A stretch of DNA of 64,000 bases, taken from the NCBI GenBank assembly GCA_964016885.1, contig OZ024745.1, forward strand, positions 82,522,001 through 82,586,000, in the 5' to 3' direction. The notes below the pieces were generated by a model, which was given only the letters and a program-made list of their open reading frames with translations, made no database searches and had not been told where the DNA came from. Of this stretch, positions 37,501-52,500 are shown one piece after another (within the stretch, counting starts at the first letter, position 1; each line of letters begins with the position of its first letter). The stretch is from Eledone cirrhosa (taxonomy: Eukaryota). A program made the position numbers and the translations under genes.

Positions 37501-40500
37501 CCCTTTACCACTATTACAGTGGACAATGTGGTCTTACATAACTCCTTTACCACCATTACAGTGGACAGTGTAGTCTTACATAACCCCTTTACCACCATTA
37601 CAGTGGACAATGTAGTCTTACATAACCCCTTTATCACCATTACAGTGGACAATGTAGCCTTACATAACCCATTTCCACCATTACAGTTGACAATGTAGTC
37701 TTACATAACCCCTTTACCTCCATTACAGTGGACAATGTAGTCTTACATAACCCCTTTACCATCATTACAGTGGACAATGTAGTCTTACATAACCCCTTTA
37801 TCACCATTACAGTGGACAGTGTAGTCTTACATAACCCCTTTTACCACCATTACAGTGGACAATGTAGTCTTATATAACCCCTTTACCACCATTACAGTGG
37901 ACAATGTAGTCTTACATAACCCCTTTATCACCATTACAGTGGACAATGTAGCCTTACATAACCCATTTCCACCATTACAGTTGACAATGTAGTCTTACAT
38001 AACCCCTTTACCTCCATTACAGTGGACAATGTAGTCTTACATAACCCCTTTACCATCATTACAGTGGACAATGTAGTCTTACATAACCCCTTTACCACCA
38101 TTACAGTGGACAATTTTGTCTTACATAACCCCTTTACCACCATTACAGTGGACAGTGTAGCCTTACATAACCCCTTTTCCACCATTACAGTGGACAATGT
38201 AGTCTTACATAACCACTTTATCACCATTACAGTGGACACTGTAGTCTTACATAACCCCTTTACCACCATTACAGTGGACAATGTAGCCTTACATAACCCC
38301 TTTACCACCATTAGAGTTTACAATGTAGTCTTACATAACCCCTTTACCACCATTACAGTTGAAAACGTAATCTTACATAACCCCTTTACCACCATTACAG
38401 TGGAAAGTGTAACCTTACATAATCCCTTTATCACCATTAAAGTGGACAATGTAGTCTTACATAACCCCTTTACCACCATTACAGTGGACAATGTAGCCTT
38501 ACATAACCCCTTTACCACCATTACAGTTGACAATGTAGTCTTACATAACCCCTTTACCACCATTACAGTGGAAAATGTAGCCTTACATAACCCCTTTACC
38601 ACCATTACAGTTGACAATGTAGTCTTACATAACCCCTTTACCACCATTACAGTGGACAATGTAGTCTTACATAACCCCTTTACCACCATTACAGTGGACA
38701 ATGTAGTCTTACATAACCCCTTTACCACCATTACAGTGGACAGTGTAGCCTTACATAACCCCTTTACCACCATTACAGTGGACAATGTAGCCTTACATAA
38801 CCCCTTTACCACCATTACAGTTGACAATGTAGTCTTACATAACCCCTTTACCACCATTACAGTGGACAATGTAGCCTTACATAACCCTTTTACCACCATT
38901 ACAGTGGGTTATGTAGTCTTACATAACCCCTTAACCGCCATTACAGTGGACAATGTAACCTTACATAACCCCTTTACCACCATTACAGTGGGTAATGTAG
39001 TCTTACATAACCCCTTTACCACCATTACAGTAGACAATGTAGTCTTACATAACCTCTTTACCACCATTACAGTTGACAATGTAGTCTTGCATAACCCCTT
39101 TACCACCATTACAGTGGACAATGTAGCCTTACATAAACCCTTTACAACCATTACAGTGGACAGTGTAGCCTTACAAAACCCCTTTACCACCATTACAGTG
39201 GACAATGTAGTCTTACATAACCCCTTTACCACCATTACAGTTGACAATGTAGTCTTACATAACACCTTTACCACCATTACAGTGGACAGTGTAGCCTTAC
39301 ATAACCCCTTTACCACCGTTACAGTGGATAATGTAGTCTTACATAACCCCTTTACCTCCCTTACAGTGGACAATTTTGTCTTACATAACCCCTTTACCAC
39401 CATTACAGTGGACAGTGTAGCCTTACATAACCCCTTTACCACCATTACAGTGGACAGTGTAGCCTTACATAACCCCTTTACCACCATTACAGTGGACAAT
39501 GTAGTCTTACATAACCCCTTTACCACCATTACAGTGGACAATGTAGCCTTACATAACCCATTTACCACCATTACAGTGGACAGTGTAGCCTTACATAACC
39601 CCTTTACCACCATTACAGTTGACAATGTAATCTTGCATAACCCCTTTACCACCATTACAGTGGACAGTGTAGACTTACATAACCCCTTTACCACCATTAC
39701 AGTGGACAGTGTAGCCTTACATAACCCCTCTACCACCATTACAGTGGGTAATGTAGTCTTACATAACCTCTTTACCACCATTACAGTGGACAATGTAGTC
39801 TTACATAACCCCTCTACCACCATTACAGAGGACAATGTAGTCTTACATAACCCCTTTACCACCATTACAGTGGACAATGTAGTCTTACATAACCCCTTTA
39901 CCACCATTACAGTGGACAATGTAGCCTTACATAACCCCTTTACAACCATTACAGTGGACAGTATAGCCTGACATAACCCCTTTACCACCATTACAGTGGA
40001 CAATGTAGTCTTACATAACCCCTTTACCACCATTACAGTTGACAATGTAGTCTTACATAACCCCTTTACCACCATTACAGTTGACAATGTAATCTTACAT
40101 AACCCCTTTACCACCATTACAGTGGACAGTGTAGCCTTACATAACCCCTTTACCACCATTACAGTGGACAGTGTAGCCTTACATAACCCCACTACCACCA
40201 TTACAGTGGGTAATGTAGTCTTACATAACCCCTTTACCACCATTACAGTGGACAATGTAGTCTTACATAATCCCTTTACCACCATTACAGTGGACAATGT
40301 AGTCTTACATAACCCCTTTACCACCATTACAGTTGACAATGTAGTCTTACATAACCCCTTTACCACCATTACAGTGGACAATGTAGCCTTACATAACCCC
40401 TTTACCACCATTAAAGTGGACAGTGTAGCCTTACATAACCCCTTTACCACCATTACAGTGGACAGTATAGCCTTACATAACCCCTTTACCACCATTAAAG

Positions 40501-43500
40501 TGGACAATGTAGCCTTACATAACCCCTTTACAACCATTACAGTGGACAGTATAGCCTTACATAACCCCTTTACCACCATTACAGTGGACAATGTAGTCTT
40601 ACATAACCCCTTTACCACCATTACAGTGGAGAATGTAGTCTTACATAACCCCTTTACCACCATTACAGTTGACAATGTAATCTTACATAACCCCTTTACC
40701 ACCATTACAGTGGACAGTGTAGCCTTACATAATCCCTTTACCACCATTAAAGTGGACAATGTAGTCTTACATAACCCCTTAACCACCATTACAGTGGACA
40801 ATTTTGTCTTACATAACCCCTTTACCACCATTACAATGGACAGTGTAGCCTTACATAACCCCTTTACCACCACTACAGTGAACAATGTAGCCTTACATAA
40901 CCCCTTTACCACCATTTGCAGTTGACAATGTAGTCTTACATAACCCCTCTACCACCATTACAGTGGGTAATGTAGTCTTACATAACCCCTTTACCACCAT
41001 TAAAGTGGACAATGTAGTCTTACATAACCCCTTAACCACCATTACAGTGGACAATTTTGTCTTACATAACCCCTTTACCACCATTACAATGGACAGTGTA
41101 GCCTTACATAACCCCTTTACCACCACTACAGTGAACAATGTAGCCTTACATAACCCCTTTACCACCATTACAGTTGACAATGTAGTCTTACATAACCCCT
41201 TTACCACCATTACAGTGGACAATGTAGCCATACGTAACCCCTTTACCACCATTACAGTGGGTTATGGAGTCTTACATAACCCCTTAACCGCCATTACAGT
41301 GGACAATGTAACCTTACATAACCCCTTTACCACCATTACAGTAGACAATGTAGTCTTACATAACCCCTTTACCACCATTACAGTGGACAGTGTAGCCTTA
41401 CATAACCCCTTTACCACCATTACAGTGGACAGTGTAGCCTTACATAACCCCTTTACCACCATTACAGTGGACAATGTAGTCTTATATAACCCCTTTACCA
41501 CCATTACAGTGGACAATGTAGTCTTACATAACCCCTTTACCACCATTACAGTGGACAATGTAGTCTTACATAACCCCTTTACCACCATTACAGTTGACAA
41601 TGTAGTCTTACATAACCCCTTTACCACCATTACAGTGGACAGTGTAGCCTTTAATAACCCATTTACCAGCATTACAGTGGACAATGTAGTCTTACATAAC
41701 CCCTTTACCACCATTACAGTGGACAATTTTGTCTTACATAAGCCCTTTACAACCATTACAGTAGACAATGTAGCCTTACATAACCCCTTTACAACCATGA
41801 CAGTGGACAGTGTAGCCTTACATAACCCCATTACCACCATTACAGTGGACAATGTAGTCTTACATAACCCCTTTACCACCATTACAGTGGACAATGTAGC
41901 CTTACATAACCCCTTTACCACCATTACAGTGGACAGTGTAGCCTTACATAACCCCTTTACCACCATTACAGTGGACAATGTAGTCTTACATAACCCCTTT
42001 ACCACCATTACAGTTGACAATGTAGTCTTACATAACCCCTTTACCACCATTACAGTGGACAGTGTAGCCTTACATAAACCCTTTACCACCATTACAGTGG
42101 ACAGTGTAGCCTTACATAACCCCCCTACCACCATTACAGTGGGTAATGTAGTCTTACATAAACCCTTTACCACCATTACAGTGGACAATGTAGTCTTACA
42201 TAACCCCTCTACCACCATTACAGTGGACAATGTAGTCTTACATAACCCCTTTACCACCATTACAGTTGACAATGTAGTCTTACTTAACCCCTTTACCACC
42301 ATTACAGTGGACAATGTAGCCTTACATAAACCCTTTACAACCATTACAGTGGACAGTGTAGCCTTACATAACCCCTTTACCACCATTGCAGTGGACAATG
42401 TAGTCTTACATAACCCCTTTACCACCATTACAGTTGACAATGTAGTCTTACATAACCCCTTTACCACCATTACAGTGGACAGTGTAGCCTTACATAACCC
42501 CTTTACCACCATTACAGTGGACAATGTAGTCTTACATAACCCCTTTACCACCATTACAGTGGACAATGTAGTCTTACATAACCCCTTTACCACCATTACA
42601 GTGGACAGTGTAGCCTTACATAACCCCTTTACCACCATTACAGTGGACAGTGTAGCCTTACATAACCCCTTTACCACCATTACAGTGGACAATGTAGTCT
42701 TACATAACCCCTTTACCACCATTACAGTGGACAATGTAGCCTTACATAACCCATTTACCACCATTACAGTGGACAGTGTAGCCTTACATAACCCCTTTAC
42801 CACCATTACAGTGGACAGTGTAGCCTTACATAACCCCTTTACCACCATTACAGTGGACAATGTAGTCTTACATAACCCCTTTACCACCATTACAGTTGAC
42901 AATGTAGTCTTACATAACCCCTTTACCACCATTACAGTGGACAGTGTAGACTTACATAACCCCTTTACCACCATTACAGTGGACAGTGTAGCCTTACATA
43001 ACCCCTCTACCACCATTACAGTGGGTAATGTAGTCTTACATAACCTCTTTACCACCATTACAGTGGACAATGTAGTCTTACATAACCCCTCTACCACCAT
43101 TACATAGGACAATGTAGTCTTACATAACCCCTTTACCACCATTACAGTGGACAATGTAGTCTTACATAACCCCTTTACCACCATTACAGTGGACAATGTA
43201 GCCTTACATCACCCCTTTACCACCATTACAGTGGACAATGTAGTCTTACATAACCCCTTTACCACCATTACAGTTGACAATGTAGTCTTACATAACCCCT
43301 TTACCACCATTACAGTTGACAATGTAATCTTACATAACCCCTTTACCACCATTACAGTGGACAGTGTAGCCTTACATAACCCCTTTACCACCATTACAGT
43401 GGACAATGTAGCCTTACATAACCCCTTTACCACCATTACAGTTGACAATGTAGTCTTACATAACCCCTTTACCACCATTACAGTGGACAATGTAGCCTTA

Positions 43501-46500
43501 CATAACCCTTTTACCACCATTACAGTGGGTAATGTAGTCTTACATAACCCCTTTACCACCATTACAGTGGACAATGTAGTCTTACATAACCCCTTTACCA
43601 CCATTACAGTGGACAATGTAGTCTTACATAACCCCTTTACCACCATTACAGTTGACAATGTAGTCTTACATAAACCCTTTACCACCATTACAGTGGACAA
43701 TGTAGTCTTACATAACCCCTTTACCACCATTACAGTTGACAATGTAGCCTTACATAACCCCTTTACCACCATTACAGTTGACAATGTAGTCTTACATAAC
43801 CCCTTTACCACCATTACAGTTGACAATGTAATCTTACATAACCCCTTTACCACCATTACAGTGGACAATGTAGTCTTACATAATCCCTTTACCACCATTA
43901 AAGTGGACAATGTAGACTTACATAACCCCTCTACCACCATTACAGTGGGTAACGTAGTCTTACATAACCCCTTTACCAACAGTAAAGTGGACAATGTAGT
44001 CTTACATAACCCCTTAACCACCATTACAGTGGACAATTTTGTCTTACATAACCCCTTTACCACCATTACAATGGACAGTGTAGCCTTACATAACCCCTTT
44101 ACCACCACTACAGTGGACAATGTAGCCTTACATAACCCCTTTACCACCATTACAGTTGACAATGTAGTCTTACATAACCCCTTTACCACCATTACAGTGG
44201 ACAATGTAGCCTTACATAACCCCTTTACCACCATTACAGTGGGTTATGGAGTCTTACATAACCCCTTAACCGCCATTACAGTGGACAATGTAACCTTACA
44301 TAACCCCTTTACCACCATTACAGTAGACAATGTAGTCTTACATAACCTATTTACCACCATTACAGTTGACAATGTTGTCTTGCATAACCCCTTTACCACC
44401 AGAAACAGTAGACAATGTAGTCTTACATAACCCCTTTACAACCATTACAGTTGACAATGTGGTCTTACATAACCCCTTTACCACCATTACAGTGGACAAT
44501 GTAGTCTTACATAATCCCTTTACCACCATTACAGTTGACAATGTAGTCTTACATAACCCCTTTACCACCATTACAGTTGACAATGTAATCTTACATAACC
44601 CCTTTACCACCATTACAGTGGACAGTGTAGCCTTATATAACCCCTTTACCACCATTACAGTGGACAGTGTAGCCTTACATAACCCCTCTACGACCATTAC
44701 AGTGGGTAATGTAGTCTTACATAACCCCTTTACCACCATTACAGTGGAAAATGTAGTCTTACATAACCCCTTTACCAACATTACAGTTGACAATGTAGTC
44801 TTACTCAACCCCTTTACCACCATTACAGTGGACAATGTAGTCTTACATAACCCCTTTACCACCATTACAGTGGACAATGTAGCCTTACATAACCCCTTTA
44901 CCACCATTACAGTTGACAATGTAGTCTTACATAACCCCTTTACCACCATTACAGTCGACAATGTAATCTTACATAACCCCTTTACCACCATTACAGTGGA
45001 CAGTGTAGCCTTACATAATCCCTTTACCACCATTAAAGTGGACAATGTAGTCTTACATAACCCCTCTACCACCATTACAGTGGGTAATGTAGTCTTACAT
45101 AACCCCTTTACCACCATTAAAGTGGACAATGTAGTCTTACTTAACCCCTTAACCACCATTACAGTGGATAATTTAGTCTTACATAACCCCTTTACCACCA
45201 TTACATTGGACAGTGTAGCCTTACATAACCCCTTTACCACCATTACAGTGGACAATGTAGCCTTACATAACCCCTTCACCACCATTACAGTTGACAATGT
45301 AGTCTTACATAACCCCTTTACCATCATTACAGTGGACAATGTAGCCTTACATAACCCCTTTACCACCATTACAATGGGTTATGTAGTCTTACATAACCCC
45401 TTAACCGCCATTACAGAGGACAATGTAACCGTACATAACTCCTTTACCACCATTACAGTACACAATGTAGTCTTACATAACCTCTTTACCACCATTAAGT
45501 TGACAATGTTGTCTTGCATAACCCCTTTACCACCATTACAGTGGACAATGTAGTCTTACATAACCCCTTTACAACCATTACAGTTGACAATGTGGTCTTA
45601 CATAACCCCTTTACCACCATTACAATGGACAATGTAGTCTAACATAACCCCTTTATCACCATTACAGTGGACAATGTAGCCTTACATAACCCCTTTACCA
45701 CAATTACAGTGGGTAATGTAGTCTTCCATAACCCCTTTACCAGCATTACAGAGGAAAATGTAATCTTACATAACCCCTTTATCACGATTACAGTGGACAA
45801 TGTAGTCTAACATAACCCCTTTACCACCATTACAGTGGACAATGTAGTCTTACATAACCCCTTTACCACCATTACAGTGGACAATGTAGCCATACATAAC
45901 CTCCTTACCACCATTACATTGGACAATGTAGCCTTACATAACCCCTTTACCATCATTACAGTGGGTAATGTAGTCTTACATAACCCCTTTACTACCATTA
46001 CAGTGGAAAATGTAATCTTACATAACCCCTTCATCACGATTACAGTGGACAATGTAGCCTTACATAACCCCTTTACCACTATTACAGTGGACAATGTAGT
46101 CTTACATAACCCCTCTACCACCATTACAGTGGACAGTGTAGTCTTACATAACCCCTTTACCACCATTACAGTGGACAATGTAGTCTTACATAACCCCTTT
46201 ACCACCATTACAGTTGACAATGTAGTCTTACATAACCCCTTTACCACCATTACAGTGGACAGTGTAGCCTTACATAACCCCTTTACCAGCATTACAGTGG
46301 ACAATGTAGTCTTACATAACCCCTTTACCACCATTACAGTGGACAATTTTGTCTTACATAACCCCTTTACCACCATTACAGTGGACAGTGTAGCCTTACA
46401 TAACCCCTTTACCACCATTACAGTGGACAATGTAGTCTTACATAACCCCTTTACCACCATTACAGTTGACAATGTAGTCTTACATAACCCCTTTACCACC

Positions 46501-49500
46501 ATTACATGTGACAATGTAATCTTACATAACCCCTTTACCACCATTACAGTGGACAGTGTAGCCTTACATAAACCCTTTACCACCATTACAGTGGACAGTG
46601 TAGCCTTACATAACCCCCCTACCACCATTACAGTGGGTAATGTAGTCTTACATAACCCCTTTACCACCATTACAGTGGACAATGTAGTCTTACATAAACC
46701 CTCTACCACCATTACAGTGGACAATGTAGTCTTACATAACCCCTTTACCACCATTACAGTTGACAATGTAGTCTTCCATAACCCCTTTACCACCATTACA
46801 CTGGACAATGTAGCCTTACATAAACCCTTTACAACCATTACAGTGAACAGTGTAGCCTTACATAACCCCTTTACCACCATTACAGTGGACAATGTAGTCT
46901 TACATAACCCCTTTACCACCATTACAGTTGACAATGTAGTCTTACATAACCCCTTTACCACCATTACAGTGGACAGTGTAGCCTTACATAACCCCTTTAC
47001 CACCATTACAGTGGACAATGTAGTCTTACATAACCCCTTTACCACCATTACAGTGGACAATGTAGTCTTACATAACCCCTTTACCACCATTACAGTGGAC
47101 AATGTAGCCTTACATAACCCCTTTACCACCGTTACAGTAGACAATGTAGTCTTACATAACCCCTTTACCTCCCTTACAGTGGACAATTTTGTCTTACATA
47201 ACCCCTTTACCACCATTACAGTGGACAGTGTAGCCTTACATAACCCCTTTACCACCATTACAGTGGACAGTGTAGCCTTACATAACCCCTTTACCACCAT
47301 TACAGTGGACAATGTAGTCTTACATAACCCCTTTACCACCATTACAGTGGACAATGTAGCCTTACATAACCCATTTACCACCATTACAGTGGACAGTGTA
47401 GCCTTACATAACCCCTTTACCACCATTACAGTGGACAATGTAGTCTTACATAACCCCTTTACCACCATTACAGTTGACAATGTAGTCTTACATAACCCCT
47501 TTACCACCATTACAGTTGACAATGTAATCTTACATAACCCCTTTACCACCATTACAGTGGACAGTGTAGACTTACATAACCCCTTTACCACCATTACAGT
47601 GGACAGTGTAGCCTTACATAACCCCTCTACCACCATTACAGTGGGTAATGTAGTCTTACATAACCTCTTTACCACCATTACAGTGGACAATGTAGTCTTA
47701 CATAACCCCTCTACCAACATTCCAGAGGACAATGTAGTCTTACATAACCCCTTTACCACCATTACAGTGGACAATGTAGTCTTACATAACCCCTTTACCA
47801 CCATTACAGTGGACAATGTAGCCTTACATAACCCCTTTACAACCATTACAGTGGACAGTGTAGCCTTACATAACCCCTTTGCCACCATTACAGTGGACAA
47901 TGTAGTCTTACATAACCCCTTTACCACCATTACAGTTGACAATGTAGTCTTACATAACCCCTTTACCACCATTACAGTTGACAATGTAATCTTACATAAC
48001 CCCTTTACCACCATTACAGTGGACAGTGTAGCCTTACATAACCCCTTTACCACCATTACAGTGGACAGTGTAGCCTTACATAACCCCTCTACCACCATTA
48101 CAGTGGGTAATGTAGTCTTACATAACCCCTTTACCACCATTACAGTGGACAATGTAGTCTTACATAACCCCTTTACCACCATTACAATTGACAATGTAGT
48201 CTTACATAACCCCTTTACCACCATTACAGTGGACAATGTAGTCTTACATAACCCCTTTACCACCATTACAGTTGACAATCTAGCCTTACATAACACCTTT
48301 ACCACCATTACAGTTGACAATGTAGTCTTACATAACCCCTTTACCGCCATTACAGTGGACAGTGTAGCCTTACATAATCCCTTTACCACCATTAAAGTGG
48401 ACAATGTAGTCTTACATAACCCCTCTACCACCATTACAGTGGGTAATGTAGTCTTACATAACCCCTTTACCACCATTAAATTGGACAATGTAGTCTTACA
48501 TAACCACTTAACCATCATTACAGTGGACAATGTAGTCTTACATAACCCCTTTACCACCATTACAGTGGACAATGTAGCCTTACATAACCCCTTTACCACC
48601 ATTACAGTGGGTTATGGAGTCTTACATAACCCCTTAACCGCCATTACAGTGGACAATGTAACCTTACATAACCCCTTTTACCACCATTACAGTAGACAAT
48701 GTAGTCTTACATAACCTATTTACCACCATTACAGTTGACAATGTTGTCTTGCATAACCCCTTTACCACCATTACAGTGGACAATGTAGTCTTACATAACC
48801 CCTTTACAACCATTACAGTTGACAATGTAGTCTTACATAACCCCTTTACCACCATTACAGTGGACAATGTAGTCTTACATAACCCCTTTACCAGCATTAC
48901 ATGTGACAATGTAATCTTACATAACCCCTTTACCACCATTACAGTGGACAGTGTAGCCTTACATAAACCCTTTACCACCATTACAGTGGACAGTGCAGCC
49001 TTACATAACCCCCCTACCACCATTACAGTGGGTAATGTAGTCTTACATAACCCCTTTACCACCATTACAGTGGACAATGTAGTCTTACATAACCCCTCTA
49101 CCACCATTACAGTGGACAATGTAGTCTTACATAACCCCTTTACCACCATTACAGTTGACAATGTAGTCTTACATAACCCCTTTACCACCATTACAGTAGA
49201 CAATGTAGCCTTACATAAACCCTTTACAACCATTACAGTGGACATTGTAGCCTTACATAACCCCTTTACCACCATTACAGTGGACAATGTAGTCTTACAT
49301 AACCCCTTTACCACCATTACAGTTGACAATGTAGTCTTACATAACCCCTTTACCACCATTACAGTGGACAGTGTAGCCTTACATAACCCCTTTACCACCA
49401 TTACAGTGGACAATGTAGTCTTACATAACCCCTTTACCACCATTACAGTGGACAATGTAGTCTTACATAACCCCTTTACCACCATTACAGTGGACAATGT

Positions 49501-52500
49501 AGCCTTACATAACCCCTTTACCACAGTTACAGTGGACAATGTAGTCTTACATAACCCTTTTACCTCCCTTACAGTGGACAATTTTGTCTTACATAACCCC
49601 TTTACCACCATTACAGTGGACAGTGTAGCCTTACATAACCCCTTTACCACCATTACAGTGGACAGTGTAGCCTTACATAACCCCTTTACCACCATTACAG
49701 TGGACAATGTAGTCTTACATAACCCCTTTACCACCATTACAGTGGACAATGTAGCCTTACATAACCCATTTACCACCATTACAGTGGACAGTGTAGCCTT
49801 ACATAACCCCTTTACCACCATTACAGTGGACAATGTAGTCTTACATAACCCCTTTACCACCATTACAGTTGACAATGTAGTCTTACATAACCCCTTTACC
49901 ACCATTACAGTTGACAATGTAATCTTACATAACCCCTTTACCACCATTACAGTGGACAGTGTAGACTTACATAACCCCTTTACCACCATTACAGTGGACA
50001 GTGTAGCCTTACATAACCCCTCTACCACCATTACAGTGGGTAATGTAGTCTTACATAACCTCTTTACCACCATTACAGTGGACAATGTAGTCTTACATAA
50101 CCCCTCTACCACCATTACAGAGGACAATGTAGTCTTACATAACCCCTTTACCACCATTACAGTGGACAATGTAGTCTTACATAACCCCTTTACCACCATT
50201 ACAGTTGACAATGTAGTCTTACATAACCCCTTTACCACCATTACAGTGGACAATGTAGTCTTACATAACCCCTTTACCACCATTACAGTTGACAATCTAG
50301 CCTTACATAACCCCTTTACCACCATTACAGTTGACAATGTAGTCTTACATAACCCCTTTACCACCATTACAGTTGACAATGTAATCTTACATAACCCCTT
50401 TACCACCATTACAGTGGACAGTGTAGCCTTACATAATCCCTTTACCACCATTAAAGTGGACAATGTAGTCTTACATAACCCCTCTACCACCATTACAGTG
50501 GGTAATGTAGTCTTACATAACCCCTTTACCACCATTAAAGTGGACAATGTAGTCTTACATAACCCCTTTACCACCATTACAGTGGACAATTTTGTCTTAC
50601 ATAACCCCTTTACCACCATTACAATGGACAGTGTAGCCTTACATAACCCCTTTACCACCATTACAGTGGACAATGTAGCCTTACATAACCCCTTTACCAC
50701 CATTACAGTTGACAATGTAGTCTTACATAACCCCTTTACCACCATTACAGTGAACAATGTAGCCTTACATAACCCCTTTACCACCATTACAGTGGATTAT
50801 GAAGTCTTACATAACCCCTTAACCGCCAATACAGTGGACAATGTAACCTTACATAACCCCTTTACCACCATTACAGTTGACAATGTAGTCTTACATAACC
50901 CCTTTACCACCATTAAAGTGAACAATGTAGCCTTACATAACCCCTTTACCACCATTACAGTGGGTTATGAAGTCTTACATAACCCCTTAACCGCCAATAC
51001 AGTGGACAATGTAACCTTACATAACCCCTTTACCACCATTACAGTAGACAATGTAGTCTTACATAACCTATTTACAACCATTACAGTTGACAATGTGGTT
51101 TTACATAACCCCTTTACCACCATTACAGTTGACAATGTAATCTTACATAACCCCATTACCACCATTACAGTGGACAGTGTAGCCTTACATAACCCCTTTA
51201 CCACCATTACAGTGGACAGTGTAGCCTTACATAACCCCTCTACGACCATTATAGTGGGTAATGTAGTCTTACATAACCCCTTTACCACCATTACAGTGGA
51301 TAATGTAGTCTTACATAATCCCTTTACCACCATTACAGTGGACAATGTAGTCTTACATAACCCCTTTACCACCATTACAGTTGACAATGTAGTCTTACTC
51401 AACCCCTTTACCACCATTACAGTGGACAATGTAGTCTTACATAACCCCTTTACAACCATTACAGTGGACAATGTAGTCTTACATAACCCCTTTACCACCA
51501 TTACAGTTGACAATGTAGTCTTACATAACCCCTTTACCACCATTACAGTTGACAATGTAATCTTACATAACCCCTTTACCACCATTACAGTGGACAGTGT
51601 AGCCTTACATAATCCCTTTACCACCATTAAAGTGGACAATGTAGTCTTACATAACCCCTCTACCACCATTACAGTTGGTAATGTAGTCTTACATAACCCC
51701 TTTACCACCATTAAAGTGGACAAGGTAGTCTTACTTAACCCCTTAACCACCATTACAGTGGATAATTTTGTCTTACATAACCCCTTTACCACCATTACAG
51801 TGGACAGTGTAGCCTTACATAACCCCTTTACCACCATTACAGTGGACAATGTAGCCTTACATAACCCCTTTACCACCATTACAGTTGACAATGTAGTCTT
51901 ACATGACCCCTTTACCACCATTACAGTGGACAATGTAGCCTTACATAACCCCTTTACCACCATTACAGTGGGTTATGTAGTCTTACATAACCCCTTAACC
52001 GCCATTACAGTGGACAATGTAACCTTACATAACCCCTTTACCACCATTACAGTAGACAATGTAGTCTTACTTAACCCCTTAACCACCATTACAGTGGATA
52101 ATTTTGTCTTACATAACCCCTTTACCACCATTACAGTGGACAGTGTAGCCTTACATAACCTCTTTACCACCATTACAGTTGACAATGTTGTCTTGCATAA
52201 CCCCTTTACCACCATTACAGTGGACAATGTAGTCTTACATAACCCCTTTACAACCATTACAGTTGACAATGTGGTCTTACATAACCCCTTTACCACCATT
52301 ACAATGGACAATGTAGTCTAACATAACCCCTTTATCACCATTACAGTGGACAATGTAGCCTTACATAACCCCTTTACCACAATTACAGTGGGTAATGTAG
52401 TCTTACATAACCCCTTTACCAGCATTACAGAGGAAAATGTAATCTTACATAACCCCTTTATCACGATTACAGTAGACAATGTAGTCTTACATAACCCCTT